The position numbers were made by a program, and so were the translations under genes. Below are positions 34,845 through 39,832 of a stretch of 39,832 nt of DNA, piece after piece (position 1 is the first letter of the stretch; each line of letters starts with the position of its first letter). Source of the stretch: Octopus bimaculoides (Eukaryota); assembly GCF_001194135.2 (NCBI RefSeq), contig NC_069006.1, forward strand, positions 16,700,090 to 16,739,921, written 5' to 3'. Below the pieces are notes generated by a model, which saw nothing but the letters and a program-made list of their open reading frames with translations, was not told where the DNA came from and searched no databases.

Positions 34845-35611
34845 NNNNNNNNNNNNNNNNNNNNNNNNNNNNNNNNNNNNNNNNNNNNNNNNNNNNNNNN
34901 NNNNNNNNNNNNNNNNNNNNNNNNNNNNNNNNNNNNNNNNNNNNNNNNNNNNNNNNNNNNNNNNNNNNNNNNNNNNNNNNNNNNNNNNNNNNNNNNNNNN
35001 NNNNNNNNNNNNNNNNNNNNNNNNNNNNNNNNNNNNNNNNNNNNNNNNNNNNNNNNNNNNNNNNNNNNNNNNNNNNNNNNNNNNNNNNNNNNNNNNNNNN
35101 NNNNNNNNNNNNNNNNNNNNNNNNNNNNNNNNNNNNNNNNNNNNNNNNNNNNNNNNNNNNNNNNNNNNNNNNNNNNNNNNNNNNNNNNNNNNNNNNNNNN
35201 NNNNNNNNNNNNNNNNNNNNNNNNNNNNNNNNNNNNNNNNNNNNNNNNNNNNNNNNNNNNNNNNNNNNNNNNNNNNNNNNNNNNNNNNNNNNNNNNNNNN
35301 NNNNNNNNNNNNNNNNNNNNNNNNNNNNNNNNNNNNNNNNNNNNNNNNNNNNNNNNNNNNNNNNNNNNNNNNNNNNNNNNNNNNNNNNNNNNNNNNNNNN
35401 NNNNNNNNNNNNNNNNNNNNNNNNNNNNNNNNNNNNNNNNNNNNNNNNNNNNNNNNNNNNNNNNNNNNNNNNNNNNNNNNNNNNNNNNNNNNNNNNAATA
35501 TACCTTAATCCCCTAAGATCTCAGATATTTTTTCTGAATCTCTCAGATTCTTTCAATGTGCTAGCTTCCTGGTAATAAATCGATATTAATTAATATCTGA
35601 TTTTTACCCTA

Positions 35612-35662
<51 letters not shown>

Positions 35663-36518
35663 CATGTTAAACAATGATGGTGATGATGCATATGTATATA
35701 TGTATAGAATATATTAAGATTCAGGTGAATAAGACACTTAAATGGTAAAGCACTGGGTTGGTTCAACATTGAAGTACACAGTACTTGTAGATGAATACAA
35801 ACACTGGCACTGAAGTACAGGTAGAAAGCTATTCAGGTTATGTATACAATTAATTGAACCCCAGCTCTTGGACTAATCCAGAAACGTACATTGTATTAAA
35901 TATATGGTTCATAGTATACTTCAGAACATGCGAGGAACAGGTTGTAAGAGGCGAATCATAAATAAATAAATAACAAACGATGGATAAGTGTGAACTCATT
36001 ACAGCTGTTTCCAACAAATTTTTTAATTGATTAATGAGTACATTATATCATTATAAAAAAAAATGTTTTCTTCAGACAAATACATGAACCACAATATTAA
36101 GAACATTTAAAAACATTTAAAACCCATGGCATGTGCATATTTTGTGATTCCACAATCTTTATTGGTCGCAGAATGAGTTTGTCAAATCAAAATAATTTGG
36201 TTTAATTTGTTTTATAATTCTATAACTGGTTGCACATGTCGATCCTATCCATAAAGGTTATGAAGAGGAGAGGTGATTGTTTACACCCCTGGTGGAGTCT
36301 AATACACACATTGAGCGGTTCTGATTAAGTACCATTTATCCAAACATAAATACAAGGGCATTTATATGGAGACTACAAAGAGTTCCCTTTAGAAAATGAG
36401 TCATCAATCTTTGTGTTTTCATAGCTGGTAACAAGGAAAAAGAAGAAAGAAGAAAGAAAGAACGTAGGAAACAGAACACCAAGTCAAATAGTTTTGTGTA
36501 AATATGATGGAATTTTCA

Positions 36519-36900
36519 TGTCAGTTTGTTCATTCCTCCTGGGTGTGACATTAGTAATTCACAAACATATTTATCCCCATGTGTTCTGAGGACTGAAAGT
36601 GCAGAGGAGTCAGAATAGTTTCTGAGAATGTGTACTTTCAGGCGTACCTCAAATTTATAGTCGTTTGATGTAAAATGTTTAGCAAGTTCTGTCAAACTAC
36701 TGTTATTGTGCCAGAATTTTATTTAATTTTTTGGTTGTGCAACCAAAATAAATCAAGTTGTGTTTAGTGCATTCTGCTGCATACACCAAACAGGAATCAT
36801 TACACATCCCACCTTCTGTATAAATCATAACATTTCTGTTATGATTTCTGATGGAACTGACTTTGCCTCATGTTTTTTGCACAATGTTTTTCTGCTTTTT
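36519..36900 (-). mobile_element. Penelope-like element, GIY-YIG endonuclease remnant
   Basis: Frameshifted translation CNDSCLVYAAECTKHNLIYFGCT...TELAKHF...LKVHILRN...GDKYVCELLMSHPGGMN follows the Penelope GIY-YIG layout (IY..EC....YIG, HF, W/Y...L....P.G.N). Confidence 0.8.
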
Positions 36901-37084
36901 TTTTCTTTCCCTTGTGACCAGTTATGGAAAAGCAAAAATTGATAATGTTGTTTTGTCTAAAAAGGATATTCCAGTTTAAATCTTGAATTTCTGTATTTCT
37001 GTATTTTCCATTTTGAACCCGAGAAAGATAGATATACTGTCAAAATATTTTTCAATTCAATAAACAGATTTTAAAATCATCCAT

Positions 37085-37560
37085 TGCATGTTCGGTTGAT
37101 TTTGAACATGCCACTAATTGGCTGCACCAGACTCCAATCTGATCTGGCAGAGTTTCTACAACTGGATGCCCTTCCTAACACCAATCATTCCGAGAGTGTA
37201 GTGGGTGCTTTTACATGCCACCAGCACGAGGGCCAGTCTGGTGGTACTGGCAACGGCAATGCTCAAAATGGTGTTTTTTATGTGCCACCTGCCCAGGAGC
37301 CAGTCCAGCAGCACTAGTAATGATCTCGCTCGAATGTATTTTCACGTGCCACCAGCACAAGTGCCAGTAAGGCAATGCTGGTAATGATCACACTCAAATA
37401 ATGCTATTTACGTGCCACTGGCATGGAAGCCAGACAGCTGCTCTGGCAATGATCACGCTTGGATGGTGCTCTTAGCGCTCCACTGGCACAGGTGCCTATC
37501 ATCGAATTTGGTTCAATCTCGATTTCAATTTCACTTGCCCCAACAGGTCTTCGCAAAAGT
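37085..37560 (-). mobile_element. RTE-type LINE 3' UTR with internal ~63-bp tandem repeats
   Basis: ctccaatctgat.tggcagagtttctaca.ctggatgcccttcctaac matches the 10960 tail, followed by four tt.acgtgccacc-anchored units. Confidence 0.75.
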
Positions 37561-38094
37561 ATAGACAAGCATAAAATCATGTAAATAACTAAAATAAAAG
37601 TAAAACTAAATAACATTCTAGTCTCAATACTTTTTATACAGTGGTCGAAGGAAGGCCTGGCTTTTGCTAGAAGTGGTCCACATAACCATTCTTGATACAG
37701 AGGCTAGGAGCCTATTTTAGTTCAGGAGTGAATCGTCATCACGTCACTTAGTCACAAACACATGTCATACAGCTGCAATAGAATGCTGTATTACCAACAA
37801 TAATGTGATTTGTCTAAGACATCACCCAGTAATCTATCAAGTCCATTTACACATTTCTCATTACATACTGCTGTTAGGACTTCCCTTCCTCATTTTATGC
37901 CTCCATCATAGATGGGTAGATTTGCTAGTAACTGTAACTTCTCATGTTCAAATACCTGTGGGTGTGTATGCATGTGTACCTATAAGTAAGTCCATTTCAT
38001 CATTTATTAAACGATAAAGAAGAGTGTATTGTATGCAATTAATCCTTTTAATACATGCTGCCACAAATAATTAATTATAAAATGGATTGTTTAT

Positions 38095-38400
38095 CGCCTG
38101 TAAATTTGAGGCCGTGTGGAAAGATGAATGGAGGCATAACATTGCCATCACTAGTGATCACTCCAAACACCATGATGTTGACTGGATGTTTGATTTTTAT
38201 CACTCTCAGTACATGTCCTCAGATTGCACTGACCTCAGATTGACACCCAAACACTCTGAAATGTTCGTATTGGAGATTCTGGTATGAATGCCGAGCAGTA
38301 CAGCATGCTGTTTCCAAATTTCTGGCAGAGAGAATTGCAACATGGTGCTGTTTCTCTCACAGATGGTGCCCAACTGATCCTACTATACTGTGCAGTCGAC
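38095..38400 (-). mobile_element. Tc1/mariner maT (DD37D-type) transposase, 5'/middle fragment with internal deletion
   Basis: HAVLLGIHTRISNTNISECLGVNLRSVQ joined to IKIKHPVNIMVFGVITSDGNVMPPFIFPHGLK. Confidence 0.8.
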
Positions 38401-38885
38401 AAAATCAAAAATTAAAAATATAAAATGTAACTTATTCTATCAGTTACTTTCACCGGACCACTAAGTTATGGGAATGTAAACACACCAGCACCAGTTCTCA
38501 AGCAGTGGTGGGGAACAAACACACACACAATGATATATATATATATATGTATATATANNNNNNNNNNNNNNNNNNNNNNNNNNNNNNNNNNNNNNNNNNN
38601 NNNNNNNNNNNNNNNNNNNNNNNNNNNNNNNNNNNNNNNNNNNNNNNNNNNNNNNNNNNNNNNNNNNNNNNNNNNNNNNNNNNNNNNNNNNNNNNNNNNN
38701 NNNNNNNNNNNNNNNNNNNNNNNNNNNNNNNNNNNNNNNNNNNNNNNNNNNNNNNNNNNNNNNNNNNNNNNNNNNNNNNNNNNNNNNNNNNNNNNNNNNN
38801 NNNNNNNNNNNNNNNNNNNNNNNNNNNNNNNNNNNNNNNNNNNNNNNNNNNNNNNNNNNNNNNNNNNNNNNNNNNNNNNNNNNNN

Positions 38886-39045
38886 GCACCTGAACATCTG
38901 CCACAAACAAAAACTAACTTGCTAGTTAACCTGCCTTTGATGTTGCTGCACCTCTTATGTGTCCATAGCTTGCACCGGGTACATCTTATAGAGTTACTAC
39001 CTACTCCTTTTCTACATACTGAGCAGGGCCATCTACCTGAAGGGG
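38886..39045 (-). mobile_element. RTE/RTEX-type LINE ORF2 fragment with a PHD-like Cys/His finger
   Basis: GRWPCSVCRKGVGSNSIRCTRCKLWTHKRCSNIKGRLTSKLVFVCGRCSGA; runs into a gap. Confidence 0.8.
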
Positions 39046-39491
39046 TTTGTGTTTTATAGGGGTTTGTGTTTTATATATATATATATATATATATTTATTT
39101 ATTTATTTATGTGTTTCAGCCAAGTGGCTGCGGTCATAAAATTTTTAATTTGGTAATAAAATACCTGAATCTCATCAAAGAAAAACATTAATATGCTTGA
39201 AGACTGGAGAGTTTGACAGATCGATCCACATATAATGGTTTAAGATAACTGAAATGAATAACACTGCTAATTATAAAAAAGAATTGAAGGCAAAGCATCA
39301 GTTCTCTGTAAAGATTTTGAAATCTACAACTGAATACCTCATACATCACATCTGGCTCTTCTTGAAACTAATGAGGAATGGTGTATAAAACCTCAGAGAA
39401 CATAAAATATTGTTTTCCTTTGAGAGCTTCATCAGTAAAGAGAGATGTTTGTTTAAAAATAAATAGTGATAGTTTTATTTTGTTTTTGTCC

Positions 39492-39832
39492 AGGAGTGGC
39501 TGTGTGGTAAGTAGCTTGCTTACCAACCACATGGTTCTGGGTTCATTCCCACTGCATGGCACTTTGGGCAAGTGTCTCCTACTATAGCCTCGGGCCGACC
39601 AAAGCCTTGTGAGTGGATTTGGTAGACGGAAACTGAAAGAAGCCTGTCGTATATATGTATATATATATATGTATGTGTATATGTTTGTCCCCCCAACATC
39701 GCTTGACAACCGATGCTGGTGTGTTTATGTCCCCATAACTTAGTGGTTCAGCAAAAGAGTCCGATAGAATAAATACTAGGCTTACAAAGAATAAGTCCTG
39801 GGGTCGATTTGTTCAACTAAAGGCGGTGCTCC
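39492..39832 (+). mobile_element. tRNA-derived SINE (family C), running off the window end
   Basis: GGAGTGGCTGTGTGGTAAG A-box, GGTTCATTCCC B-box, ggcactttgggcaagtgtc..ctatagcctcgggccgaccaaagccttgtgagtggatttggtagacggaaactg body, and an internal (TA/TG)n. Confidence 0.9.

Noticed and set aside
36400-36500. Plus-strand acceptor tgtgttttcatag followed by a Lys/Glu-rich frame (GNKEKEEKKKERT*), like a terminal exon of a nested gene
   Set aside because: Low-complexity purine run next to the Penelope relic, with no upstream partner exons found.

Overview
AT-rich, microsatellite- and transposon-dense animal DNA, most likely an octopus (inferred from the SINE, RTE and mariner repertoire, not from a database search). 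It has seven assembly gaps (5040-5060, 9651-9707, 16080-16240, 20986-21114, 23762-23957, 34845-35496, 38558-38885) that could hide exons. The only clear host gene is an unconventional myosin-XVIII (MYO18A-like) on the minus strand. Its 521-nt PDZ exon is at 13426-12906; the start codon and motor-domain exons lie outside the window. Three further exon candidates, missed by the ORF track, fit the exon phases: a 90-nt cassette exon (27911-27822), a 6-nt microexon behind a 110-nt AG-free zone (14854-14849) and a 27-nt microexon (10623-10597). The rest is intronic. It holds at least four tRNA-derived SINE families, RTE, R4-like and Penelope retroelement remnants, and hAT, piggyBac, mariner DD34D, maT DD37D, DD41D, Sola-like and Chapaev-like DNA transposon remnants, several of them nested. 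The two most interesting leads are the microexons flanking the PDZ exon and a tRNA-headed SINE carrying a minimal Penelope-type hammerhead ribozyme motif. Most ORFs in the supplied track are microsatellite artefacts.
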